Shown: positions 30,724-40,558 of the stretch, in pieces
Layout of the letters: each line of letters begins with the position of its first letter
How positions within the stretch are numbered: position 1 is the stretch's first letter
Source: Bdellovibrionales bacterium
Lineage (GTDB): Bacteria; Bdellovibrionota; Bdellovibrionia; Bdellovibrionales; UBA1609
DNA length: 64,000 bases
Reading direction: 5' to 3'
NCBI GenBank assembly: GCA_965200875.1
Contig: OZ241456.1
Span: forward strand, 1,504,001-1,568,000
The notes under the pieces: model-generated
Told to the model about the DNA's origin: nothing
What the model saw: only the letters and a program-made list of their open reading frames with translations
Databases searched by the model: none
Made by a program: the position numbers and the translations under genes

Positions 30724-31251
30724 ATGACCAAAAAAATCATTCATGGACAGCATTCATCCTCTAAAAAAGTAAAAAACTGGCTGGAATGGCTTAAAAAATG
30801 GAGGATGACTTCCTTAAAGTTCTCTGCTCCGTATTTGGAAATGGAATGGCAACCAATGGAGACAGATAAAGACGCCGCTTGGGAGCTTTATATCGAATTG
30901 CTGACCAGAATAACCACTCAACCATTGCCAATTCATCATGGAGATGAAAAAACTGCTCTTGATAGTGTGTATTCCATTTTCAGTTTAACACGAACAATTA
31001 TCAAATCACATAAAAATTGTATTGAATTTACAAAAATAGCTATTGTTGTTCTTAATCAAATTGTTAGGCCATTTACAGCAAAGTGGCATAAAATTTCTAT
31101 TGAGAAAGGATTTGAAAATTCAAATACCTGTAACACATTTCGTAAAGAGCTTTTACAACTTCAAAAGCAACTTTGTATTTATACCAAAATGCTGGCCGAT
31201 ATGGCCGGAGTGGAAGACTTGACAAATCTTGAAAATAAAACTTGTTACTAA
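30724..31251 (+). CDS. Uncharacterised helical protein co-transcribed with the TIR gene
   Basis: 175-aa ORF (AAWELYIELLTRITTQ...RPFTAKWH); ends 17 bp before the TIR gene. Confidence 0.7.
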   Translation: MTKKIIHGQHSSSKKVKNWLEWLKKWRMTSLKFSAPYLEMEWQPMETDKDAAWELYIELLTRITTQPLPIHHGDEKTALDSVYSIFSLTRTIIKSHKNCIEFTKIAIVVLNQIVRPFTAKWHKISIEKGFENSNTCNTFRKELLQLQKQLCIYTKMLADMAGVEDLTNLENKTCY

Positions 31252-31268
31252 ACAAATAGGAGGAACTT

Positions 31269-31934
31269 ATGCACAAAGTATTTATCAGCTATCATCATGA
31301 AAATGATCAAGATTATAAAAATGAGATTTTGAGATTGAATAATAATTATAAATCGCAATATGGTGATCCTATATTTATTGATAAGTCTGTAGATACAGAA
31401 GACATATCAGAGGACTTGTCTGATGAAGACATTAGACAAAAAATTAGAGACGATTACTTACAAGATTCCACAGTGACAATCCTTCTTGTAGGCACTGAAA
31501 CAAAAAATCGCAAACATGTTGACTGGGAGTTATATTCCAGTATGTATAACGGGAAAAGAAATAAACAATCAGGGATTTTGGTTGTTAACTTGCCAACAAT
31601 TAAAAATTACTCCTCTATTACAGCAGGACATGAAGAACAAAATATTTACCCAGAAATTACATCGTGGACTTCTGTCACGACACGAACAGCATACGAAAAG
31701 AGGTATCCTTGTATGCCTGAGAGAATAATTGATAACTTAATTCATGCTGGAGCAAAAATATCTATTACCCACTGGGATAAGATTACTGATCCAAAAAGAT
31801 TAAAATACCTTATTGATGTTACATTTGCAGATAGAACTCATTGCGATTATGATTTAAAAAGACCAATGAGACGAAAAAATCTCAATCAACCTTTTTCTGA
31901 TATTAGATCTTCTCTATTTCAAAATCACCCATAA
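31269..31934 (+). CDS. TIR domain protein (ThsB/DUF1863-like)
   Basis: KVFISYHH, IRDDYLQDSTVTILLVG, catalytic Glu in VDWEL. Confidence 0.88.
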   Translation: MHKVFISYHHENDQDYKNEILRLNNNYKSQYGDPIFIDKSVDTEDISEDLSDEDIRQKIRDDYLQDSTVTILLVGTETKNRKHVDWELYSSMYNGKRNKQSGILVVNLPTIKNYSSITAGHEEQNIYPEITSWTSVTTRTAYEKRYPCMPERIIDNLIHAGAKISITHWDKITDPKRLKYLIDVTFADRTHCDYDLKRPMRRKNLNQPFSDIRSSLFQNHP

Positions 31935-32050
31935 TATCTTATAATTCTCTCACAGAAGACGCTTTTTTCTCAGAGCAGATTTCTCTTTTCAGGAGTTATT
32001 TCATAGATTGCTTTTCCTCAGATTTAGGAATTCTGTGACGCGATTTTTTT

Positions 32051-32225
32051 CCGACTTCGACACAACCCGATGAGTAAAAAAAATATTTTGGTGTTTTTTT
32101 TATCCTTCTCTGTTCTCTAAGAGAGACTTACTCGATACAGAAGGCTTTGGAAGATAGAAGAGGCTTTTCGTGTGTGCAAACACAACCTCAAGATGAGACC
32201 CATTTACCATTGGAAAAAGAATATA
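32051..32225 (+). mobile_element. IS1634-family transposase scar
   Basis: Frame reading RYRRLWKIEEAFRVCKHNLKMRPIYHWKK (~32132-32220), the C-terminal DDE motif typical of IS1634; possible terminal repeat ccgacttcgacac at 32051. Confidence 0.65.
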
Positions 32226-32324
32226 TTTCGGGCTAGCGATTTAAGGGAACAAGATCAACATACAAGTCAACTTGTTACTACGGAAGTGTTAAAACCCTTT
32301 GAGACTAAAAAAACTCTTATAAGA

Positions 32325-32537
32325 TTAATCAAGATTCAATTTTTTTTTTACTTTTCTCATATCTTTAGACAAGAGCTTTATAGTCGCTACAATAAATTTT
32401 TGCTGTAAGGTCACATTATCTAAATCTTTTTTCATAGCATCAAAGCGTTTAAAAATAAATGACAAAAAACCTAAAAGACAAACCACAACACTCGTAATCA
32501 CCAAAATAACTTCAACAACATTAAATCCCATAAACAT
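32325..32537 (-). CDS. Small membrane-anchored protein
   Basis: N-terminal TM helix and short coiled coil; follows 32549..32785. Confidence 0.5.
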   Translation of the reverse strand: MFMGFNVVEVILVITSVVVCLLGFLSFIFKRFDAMKKDLDNVTLQQKFIVATIKLLSKDMRKVKKKLNLD

Positions 32538-32548
32538 TTTTCCTAAAA

Positions 32549-32785
32549 TTATGAATACTCAAAAGTATAAATAGAATATACTGGGCCAGGAGTCTTTTGC
32601 CCGCTAGGGTTTCCATCAACCTGATGATTTTTTGTTTTATAAATATGTTCTAAAGCCAGAGCCTCTTCATAAACTAAGCCTGTCTCGATAATCCTAAAGT
32701 TAAATATAACCCGACCCTCACGCTCCCATTCCTGTTTTCTCACATAAGGATTACGGGAAGTCATGCCAACATATTTCATAAACAA
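32549..32785 (-). CDS. Small GIY-YIG-like protein
   Basis: KYVGMTSRNPYVRKQE...EEALALE; GAGGG RBS. Confidence 0.45.
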   Translation of the reverse strand: MFMKYVGMTSRNPYVRKQEWEREGRVIFNFRIIETGLVYEEALALEHIYKTKNHQVDGNPSGQKTPGPVYSIYTFEYS

Positions 32786-33146
32786 CCCCTCATAAAGTCA
32801 CTCATATTATACGATTGGAAAAACAAGGCTACAACCCATAATAGGGCTTGTCAATTTTTTTACCGTGGTTTTATTAAAATTTTTAGCTTTCAGGAATATG
32901 ATGATTAGAGAAAAGTCAGAGAAGGAGATATTTTTTAAGACATAAATAATGATGAAGCTCTCGAGAATCGACATAGGCTATAAAGCCGTCAATATAAATA
33001 ATAGTTTTCATAATTTTAAAACGCGAAAGCAGGCTTACGCCCGCTCGCACCCACCAATCGAAACGAGTGGAGATATCAATTTACTAATGTAAGTGTTTTT
33101 CAAAATAAGTCAAAGAACAAACAGCTTTTGAACAGGGTGTTCTTAT

Positions 33147-33204
33147 CCTCCAGTGCCTCCAAACCCCTACCTCCAGTGCCTCCAAACCCCTACCTCCAGT
33201 GCCC
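33147..33204. repeat. 23-bp tandem repeat (2.5 copies)
   Basis: cctccagtgcctccaaaccccta at 33147 and 33170, partial copy at 33193. Confidence 0.9.
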
Positions 33205-33302
33205 CTAGTACCCTAATTCAATTCCCTCAGTATCCTGAAAAAATAGTATTTTTTAACTATTTTTAAATTGATTTTGGATAAAAAACGGCGTAAAATGGCC
33301 AC

Positions 33303-36300
33303 ATGATATATAAAAAACGAATTATTAAATTACCAGAAAACAGCCATACTTTTCTGTTTGGTGTACGGGGAAGTGGAAAAACCGCACTTTTAAATAAGAG
33401 ATTCCCATCTCAACAGTCGCTACATATTGATCTATTGGATGAATCTCTTTATCAAAGCTACCTTTCCAATGTAGCGCAGTTTTATGAAACAATAAGTGCT
33501 TTTGAAAAAGGTGGTGTGATTATTGTGGATGAAATCCAAAAAATGCCTGAGCTTTTAAATGAGGTACATCGCCTTATTGAAGAATCTTCCAGAGGGGAAG
33601 CCCCTGCACGCCAGTTTATTTTAACAGGTTCTAGTGCACGAAAGCTCAAAGCACCAGGGGTAAACTTATTGGCAGGAAGGGCTGGTAAAACGGCACTTCA
33701 TCCTTTTGTTCCAGAAGAGTTGGGCGAAGACTTTAACTTAAACAGTGCTTTAAAATATGGTCTCTTACCTATTGTGTGGTCTCATCACGATAAAGAATTA
33801 AAATTAAAATCTTATGCTGAAGAATATTTGAAAGAGGAAATTCAGGCCACAGCTTTAGTGAAAAATTTACCAGGCTTTGCACGATTTTTAGAAGTGGCTG
33901 GCCTTTATCATGGCCAAGCTATAAATATGAGTGCTATTTCAAGGGAGTGTCAAACTCCTAAAAAAGCCGTACAAAACTATTTTTCCATATTGGAAGATAC
34001 CCTCTTGGGCTTTTTCCTGCCTGCTTACACTCCCCGGTTACAGCTGAGAGAGAGAAAACACAAAAAGTTTTATTTTATTGATCCAGGATTGGCCCGCACT
34101 GTAAGAAAAGACTTTGGACCTGTATCCCATGCAGAAAAAGGCTCCCTTTTTGAAGGGCTGATAGCTCAAATTTTACGAGCTTATAGGGATTATCATTCTC
34201 TCTTTGAAGAGATGTATTATTGGTCTCCGGTGGATTCCCAAAAAACAGAAGTGGATTTTCTGTTAAGAAAGAGGGAGGATTTAATAGCCATTGAAGTCAA
34301 AGCTCGTACCCAAGTTTCTTCTTCAGAATGCAAAGGTCTTAAAGCTATTCAAAAATTGCCGGCGGTTAAAAAAAGAATTTTGGTTTATATGGGAGACACC
34401 ATAAGAAGATCAGAAGATGGTATTGATATATGGCCATTTGATTTTTTTTGCCAAAATCTTCAGGAAGGAAATTTTAATGCGCCAGTTGTTTATACAAAAA
34501 AAAGTAAAAAAAAACCTGAGCTTGGTTTAGCTATACCTTCAAGTAATAACATTTTCACTCCACGAGAACTACAGATTCCCCCTCCAGCAGATGAAACAAA
34601 GTTTGAACAACTGTGCCTTGATTTATACAAACAAGAGTTTGGAGAACCCACTCAACTACATAGTAGCAAGGGCCAAAGCCAACAAGGAGTGGATATTTTC
34701 AGTCAATACGAAGAATCGGAGGGTAGTATAGGTATACAGTGCAAAAAAAGAGAGTACCCAACTGGGAAAATCACAGAACAAGAATTACAGGAAGAAGTGG
34801 AGAAAGCAAAAAGTTTCGAACCACCTTTGAAGAGATTTATTTTAGCCACAACTTGCAAAAGAGATGCCAATATTCAAAAGACTGCGCGTCTTCTTACAGA
34901 AAAGCATAGTAAAAACAATCTTTTTTCTGTGGAAATACACAGCTGGGATGAAATCAAAGAGCTTTTAAGTAAATACCCTAAAGTATATCAACAGTATTAT
35001 GGAACAACAACAGATAATATTGCTTTAAACAACCGGGAATATGCAAAAAAAACAACATCTACTCACTCTTTTAATTTAGACACAATAAAGGAGATAAAAA
35101 GCGAAAATCACCACGCAGAACTTAAAAGAATACAAAAATTACTTAATACAAACCCAAAGACAGCTCTTATTTCATTGGAGGATATTAAAACAAGAGAATG
35201 GGATAAATTAAACAATAAAGTAAAATACAAAGTTTTAATTTATATGGCTGACGCAAAAGCCAAAATGAAGGATAGAAACACAGCTTATGGTTTGATTATT
35301 CAGGCTTTGCAGTTCAATAAAGAGGATGAAGATGCCCGTATGAATTGTGCTTTTGCTTATTGGATGAAAAATAATATAGAAAAATCCAAAGAATATCTTA
35401 AAAAAACCAGAGAGCTCAACCCTCACAACATATCAGCCTGTAATTTGGAAATACAAATCCAATTTAAAGAAGGAAAAAGTATTAAAGAAATTGTGGCAAA
35501 ATTGCCTGAAGATATAAAAAATCAAGCGCAGATAGCTCAATTACTGGCTCATCTCAGTATAAATCAAAAAGATTATCAATCAGCAGAAAAATGGCTGAAG
35601 ATTTTTTATAATAACAGAGAGAAAAACGAAAGTGGGGGTTGGAAAGAAATAAAAGATGAGGCAATCTATGCAGATCTGTCTTTGAACTTGCTTTTGGCAA
35701 AGCCAAATGTTTTTTCAGGAAGACGAGTCCCGGAGAATTTAAAAGAAAAGCTTAATAATATTATAAAAAATTATAAAAAATTAATTACAGATAACCAGTT
35801 TAGCGAATTAAAAGAATTTAACCCAAATTGGTACTTACATTATGCCCTAGCCCTTGAATTAAGTGGAGATCTCGATAAAGCCATTCAGATTCTTCAAACA
35901 GGCATTGATGCCTTTCCAGAAGATGAATATCTAAAATTAGAGTTGAGTCGTCTATTTGAACAAACAGAAAATATAACAAAAAGTATTGAAATATTGGAAA
36001 AACAAATTGGGTTACATTCTTCATCTTCAACAAGTAATATCTCTGTTAAAACCGAAGATGCAAAGTTCGAGCAGTTACATTCTTTTCTTTCAAAAAAAAC
36101 TGATACAACCCAAGATAATATGTCGGAAAAACCTGTTACTTGGGCTTTAATATTAACTGACCTTTATTTTTACAATAATCAAAATGAAAAAGCCTTGGAA
36201 TTATTGAACCAAATAATAAAAAATCCTTCTATGGATCAAGAAGATAATTTGGAAGTGGAAAAATACCAAGTCTTTCAGTGGCTTCAGGCTGAAAACATAG

Positions 36301-38585
36301 AGGAGGCAGAAAAAACATTAAACTCTTTTTTTGAAAAAAACCAAGATGATGTATCCACTTTAATTTTAAAATCTAAATTGGCAAGGGCTAAAACAAAAGC
36401 CCTTGAAGGAAAAACAGAAGAATCCAAGGAGCAGGAAAATATAAGCATTCAATCTCTTAAAGAGGCTTATAAGGTGTTTCAAAATAAAAACTATAGTGAA
36501 GAAACAAACAGTCCTTATTTTGAAAACAGAGAGTGGTTAAGAGATATTCAGCAACTTGCTCAAGAGCTTGGTTTAGCTAAAATGTATAAAGAAGTTGAAC
36601 CTCTTTTGGAGAAAATCACAAATCAAAACCTCGATCACCCTGAGATTTTTAAATTGCTTCATGCTTACTTTGAAAATGGCAAAAACAGGAAGGCCATTAA
36701 ACTGGCAGAAGCTTTGCTTAAAAAATTCCCGGATAGAATAGAACCAGCCAATACCTTGTTTCTTATTTATGAAGACTTAGGGGATAGAGAAAAATCCATT
36801 CAATATTATGAAAATTTTATGCAACACAATCCTGATAACAGCCAGATGAAAATAGAACTGGCTTTGACTTATATAAGAAATGAACAATTAGATAAAGCTA
36901 AAGCTTTATTAAATTACACCTTTAACTTAAGTCAGTTATCTGTAAATGAGATATGCCGGCTCGCACTTGCTTATAACCACACTGACCATCTAAAAAAAGC
37001 TTTGGATATGTTATACCAAAGCCTTAAAAAGTATCCTTCCAATTATGACCTGCAACAATTTTATTCAGGTTTATTCTTTTTTAGAAAAGAAAAATTATTT
37101 TTAACTTCACCAAAAGAAGTCGAAGTGGATTGTTATGTAAAAATTCAAGAATTGAACACAAATGAAATAACAGAAATAATTATTGAAAAAACACCCGATG
37201 AAAAATCAGCAAATATATATACCCCTAATCACCCTTTTGTTCAAAAATTTTTGAGGAAGACCATCAACAGTGTAATTGATCATGCAAACAAACAATATAA
37301 AATTTTGAAAATAAAAAATAAATATATTCAAAAACTTCATGAAATCACTAATAATGCCGAAAAAAGATTCCCTGTAAAACCTTTTATCAAAACAGCTACA
37401 GTGCCAAAATTGGCTACAAAAGAAGATATAGCTCAAGCTCTTAAACAAGTGATTCCAGATACAAAGAAGCATAAAGAAAAAGCATTTCAGTATTATGCAG
37501 AGGGAAGAATGACTATTGGCTATCTGTCGAATATTATCGGCCTGCACCCTATTGAAACTATGGATTTTCTATGGCAATCTTTAGAGCACAAGTTTATATC
37601 TTCCCTTCCGGGTTTGGAAAATTATAAAACTTCACAGGAAATTCTTAATAAAAAAACAGATATTATTATAGATCTTACCTCTCTTTTTATACTGCATTCA
37701 ATAAAAATGGAAAAACATTTTGAAGATAGTCCTTTTAAACTTTATATATGTCCATCCACTATAGAGTCCGTAAAAGAACTAATACAAAAAATGCAACAAC
37801 ATTCTCAAGATGGATTACTTATGGGTGGTTTTGATACGCAGGGTAAATTGATCACTAACCATACTCCTCCAGAAATCATACAGAGAAATCTGAATTTTTT
37901 GGACAATATGCTAAAATGGGCTAAAGAGATTTGTGCCATTAAAACTGTACCAGTGGATTACATCCAGAGTCGCCAAGAAAAATCACATATTGAAAATATT
38001 ATCGGAAAAGAATTTTTAGACCCTTTACTATCATCTCATAATCAAAAAAACATCATTCTGTTATCTGAAGATGGAATGATAGACGCTTTATCCAAAAATG
38101 ACTTAAATATTTTCAGAGTGCGTTTATGGGATATAATACAGTTTTTTAAAAGTCAGTTAATTATAAATGATAGTCAAGCTTTGCAATTCAAAGCTAAACT
38201 GATTCAGCTAAATCAAACATATATTCCAGTGGATCATGAGCTATTGCTTGTTTTATTAAAACAAGCTGGCTATTCCCTTACTGACATTGGTTTTCAAAGA
38301 GGCTTATATTTTATGGGGCCTGTTTCCAATCTACCTGGAGTGATTGAGGTTTTATCCCAATTCCTTAAGGATTTGTTTCTAGAACCAGAACTTTTACTGT
38401 ATCATAAAGAGTTGATTACACAAGAAGTATTAAATAAAGCTTATATGGGAAGAAGAAATATCACACCTCTTGATATAGCCATAAAGCTTAAGCAATCGAC
38501 TCTGGCTAAAACCTTTTTACTGCCGTTTCAGCAAAAAGAGATAGAAAACAGTATTGATTATTGGCTAAAAAATAAAATATATTGA
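33303..38585 (+). CDS. Multidomain conflict protein: AAA_14 + DUF4143, restriction-endonuclease-like domain, TPRs, GreA/B-C-like region, PIN-like C-terminus
   Basis: GVRGSGKT/VDEIQK/LTGSSARKL/EVDF..IAIEVK (aa 1-~385); QIPPP..FEQLC..QQGVDI..IGIQCK (aa ~420-565); long TPR-like helices; IIIDLTSL...LLSED (aa ~1450-1590). Confidence 0.8.
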   Translation: MIYKKRIIKLPENSHTFLFGVRGSGKTALLNKRFPSQQSLHIDLLDESLYQSYLSNVAQFYETISAFEKGGVIIVDEIQKMPELLNEVHRLIEESSRGEAPARQFILTGSSARKLKAPGVNLLAGRAGKTALHPFVPEELGEDFNLNSALKYGLLPIVWSHHDKELKLKSYAEEYLKEEIQATALVKNLPGFARFLEVAGLYHGQAINMSAISRECQTPKKAVQNYFSILEDTLLGFFLPAYTPRLQLRERKHKKFYFIDPGLARTVRKDFGPVSHAEKGSLFEGLIAQILRAYRDYHSLFEEMYYWSPVDSQKTEVDFLLRKREDLIAIEVKARTQVSSSECKGLKAIQKLPAVKKRILVYMGDTIRRSEDGIDIWPFDFFCQNLQEGNFNAPVVYTKKSKKKPELGLAIPSSNNIFTPRELQIPPPADETKFEQLCLDLYKQEFGEPTQLHSSKGQSQQGVDIFSQYEESEGSIGIQCKKREYPTGKITEQELQEEVEKAKSFEPPLKRFILATTCKRDANIQKTARLLTEKHSKNNLFSVEIHSWDEIKELLSKYPKVYQQYYGTTTDNIALNNREYAKKTTSTHSFNLDTIKEIKSENHHAELKRIQKLLNTNPKTALISLEDIKTREWDKLNNKVKYKVLIYMADAKAKMKDRNTAYGLIIQALQFNKEDEDARMNCAFAYWMKNNIEKSKEYLKKTRELNPHNISACNLEIQIQFKEGKSIKEIVAKLPEDIKNQAQIAQLLAHLSINQKDYQSAEKWLKIFYNNREKNESGGWKEIKDEAIYADLSLNLLLAKPNVFSGRRVPENLKEKLNNIIKNYKKLITDNQFSELKEFNPNWYLHYALALELSGDLDKAIQILQTGIDAFPEDEYLKLELSRLFEQTENITKSIEILEKQIGLHSSSSTSNISVKTEDAKFEQLHSFLSKKTDTTQDNMSEKPVTWALILTDLYFYNNQNEKALELLNQIIKNPSMDQEDNLEVEKYQVFQWLQAENIEEAEKTLNSFFEKNQDDVSTLILKSKLARAKTKALEGKTEESKEQENISIQSLKEAYKVFQNKNYSEETNSPYFENREWLRDIQQLAQELGLAKMYKEVEPLLEKITNQNLDHPEIFKLLHAYFENGKNRKAIKLAEALLKKFPDRIEPANTLFLIYEDLGDREKSIQYYENFMQHNPDNSQMKIELALTYIRNEQLDKAKALLNYTFNLSQLSVNEICRLALAYNHTDHLKKALDMLYQSLKKYPSNYDLQQFYSGLFFFRKEKLFLTSPKEVEVDCYVKIQELNTNEITEIIIEKTPDEKSANIYTPNHPFVQKFLRKTINSVIDHANKQYKILKIKNKYIQKLHEITNNAEKRFPVKPFIKTATVPKLATKEDIAQALKQVIPDTKKHKEKAFQYYAEGRMTIGYLSNIIGLHPIETMDFLWQSLEHKFISSLPGLENYKTSQEILNKKTDIIIDLTSLFILHSIKMEKHFEDSPFKLYICPSTIESVKELIQKMQQHSQDGLLMGGFDTQGKLITNHTPPEIIQRNLNFLDNMLKWAKEICAIKTVPVDYIQSRQEKSHIENIIGKEFLDPLLSSHNQKNIILLSEDGMIDALSKNDLNIFRVRLWDIIQFFKSQLIINDSQALQFKAKLIQLNQTYIPVDHELLLVLLKQAGYSLTDIGFQRGLYFMGPVSNLPGVIEVLSQFLKDLFLEPELLLYHKELITQEVLNKAYMGRRNITPLDIAIKLKQSTLAKTFLLPFQQKEIENSIDYWLKNKIY

Positions 38586-38639
38586 CTATGGCCTGCCTGA
38601 AACAACATGTTCTGATAGAAGACATAAGCGGGAGCTTTT

Positions 38640-38945
38640 TCATAAGCACTTTTTTAATGCCTGCTCCAACAATCTTTTCATTAAGTCTGGCAATTCATCT
38701 TTAACGGCTTGTTGACATTTTTCACGAAAATCAGGGGCAGTATTTTCATTCATACAATAAGAGCTTATTCTCGCTCCACTTGCTTGATCACCCCCTGTAC
38801 AAGGTAAACTGTTAAACTGTGATTCCATACAAGAACTAACCCGACTCATTTGTCGCTCACAACTTGGCACGCCATCACTACAACCTACAAAAAATAAAAA
38901 CAAACACACACAAAAACCTGTAAATAAAATATCGGTTGTTTTCAT
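38640..38945 (-). CDS. Small Cys-rich lipoprotein
   Basis: Lipobox-like FFVGC; GAGG RBS. Confidence 0.6.
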   Translation of the reverse strand: MKTTDILFTGFCVCLFLFFVGCSDGVPSCERQMSRVSSCMESQFNSLPCTGGDQASGARISSYCMNENTAPDFREKCQQAVKDELPDLMKRLLEQALKKCL

Positions 38946-39155
38946 AAAACACCTCTGATTGGAAAATATAAACTTTAAAGGAAGAGATTACCATAAAAAT
39001 CTATAAAATCAATAAGCTTTTACGGATTATTTTTTTTTCAAGGAGGCTAAGGATTTGACAACGCGTCCTATTTTGTATATTTTAAAACATATATGGCGAC
39101 TGGATGAATCAAAAAAGAAATTGAAAAAACCACAGTGAAAGAGGAGGGAAGAATT

Positions 39156-39338
39156 ATGATGCCATTATTACAATGTTCATATGATGAGGCCATAGAAAAA
39201 GGCATGCAAAAAGGCATAGAAAAAGGACGAAAAGAGCTGATTGCAAAATTACTTAAAAGTGGTGTGGATTTGCAGGTTCTTTGCAAAGGCACAGGGCTTT
39301 CCGAAGAAGAAATTAAAAAACTTAAAAAGGGCGACTAA
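39156..39338 (+). CDS. Stand-alone Rpn C-terminal (RpnS-like) protein, copy 2
   Basis: 60 aa MMPLLQCSYDEAIEKGMQKGIEKGRKELIAKLLKSG...TGLSEEEIKKL; same agggaagaattATGATG leader as 5205. Confidence 0.7.
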   Translation: MMPLLQCSYDEAIEKGMQKGIEKGRKELIAKLLKSGVDLQVLCKGTGLSEEEIKKLKKGD

Positions 39339-39477
39339 GAATGCAGATAGTTTTGGAATGTCAAAACAAACAGTGGGTACAATAATTTCTGTAGATTCTG
39401 TGGTAGCAGGAAGACTCCTTGGAGTATGTAAAATCTGTACATAAAAAATACAAAAACCGGATCAAAGAGGTGATAAA

Positions 39478-40491
39478 ATGGCACAAGCAGATTTGTTGGT
39501 GGAGCTGATAAAAAGTGCCAGTGATGGTGATCAAATTTCTTTCCGTAAAATTTCTGAAGCTTTGATCCAAGAAGAAAGAAACAAAGGCCATAGAATACTG
39601 GCAGATCGTTTAATCAAAGCGTTGCGACCTAAAAGTTCCACTAGTTCCCATACTTTCAAAAAAAATGAACATAATAATAATATCCATAAAAAATTTATTT
39701 CTGAAATAACACCGGAAAGAAATTTACACAGCTTGATTTTAACACAAAAAACTCATGATCAACTCAAAGAAGTAATTGAAGAGCAACATAGATCAGAATT
39801 ATTGCATTCACACAATCTGTCTCCAAGAAATCGTTTGTTATTTGCAGGCCCTCCCGGCAACGGTAAAACTACTTTGGCAGAAGCTTTGGCTCATGAGTTA
39901 ATGTATCCTTTGTTTGTTGTCAGATATGAAAACCTAGTTGGTAGTTATTTAGGCGAAACTTCCGGCAGGTTGAAACATCTTATGGATTATGCCAAAACCC
40001 AAAGATGCGTTCTGTTTTTTGATGAGTTTGAAACTCTTGGAAAAGAACGCGGGGACACACATGAAACCGGAGAGATCAAGCGGGTTGTAAGCTCTTTGCT
40101 TTTGCAGATTGACAGCGTGCCTGATTATGTTGTTGTAGTGACGGCAAGCAATCATCCTGAATTGCTGGATAAGGCAGTATGGCGTCGTTTCCAAGTAAGA
40201 ATTAAATTACCCACCCCCACACAAAAACAGCTGTCCCAGCTTATTCAGTCTGTCAGTCAGCGTTGTAAAATAGATTTTGGATACACGCCGGATACTTTGG
40301 CAAAATCCCTAGTGGGAACTAGTTTTTCTGAAGCAGAAGAGTTTTGTTTGGATATTGTGCGTTTTGCTGTGCTGAAAAGACAAACAAAAAACTTGAAGAC
40401 AGTTACTAAAAACAAGCTGGAACAATGGCGTAGTCGATTGAATCCTCCAAAGAACGATCAAAATTGCAGTGGAAAAAGCCACAAACCATAG
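39478..40491 (+). CDS. AAA+ ATPase of the type usually paired with an S8 protease (IetA-like)
   Basis: GPPGNGKT, SYLGET, FFDEFETLGKER..ETGEIKRVV, ASNHPELLD.AVWRRF. Confidence 0.8.
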   Translation: MAQADLLVELIKSASDGDQISFRKISEALIQEERNKGHRILADRLIKALRPKSSTSSHTFKKNEHNNNIHKKFISEITPERNLHSLILTQKTHDQLKEVIEEQHRSELLHSHNLSPRNRLLFAGPPGNGKTTLAEALAHELMYPLFVVRYENLVGSYLGETSGRLKHLMDYAKTQRCVLFFDEFETLGKERGDTHETGEIKRVVSSLLLQIDSVPDYVVVVTASNHPELLDKAVWRRFQVRIKLPTPTQKQLSQLIQSVSQRCKIDFGYTPDTLAKSLVGTSFSEAEEFCLDIVRFAVLKRQTKNLKTVTKNKLEQWRSRLNPPKNDQNCSGKSHKP

Positions 40492-40558
40492 AGATCATGA
40501 ATTAACTGTTCTGATGATTTTAAATTTCCAAGTTTATTTGACATTCCACAGAGCCTTG

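Noticed and set aside
32172..32408. 78-aa ORF as a real gene
   Set aside because: Only the first residues belong to the IS1634 scar; the rest is antisense to 32325..32537.
33147..33204. CRISPR repeat
   Set aside because: Contiguous tandem units with no spacers.
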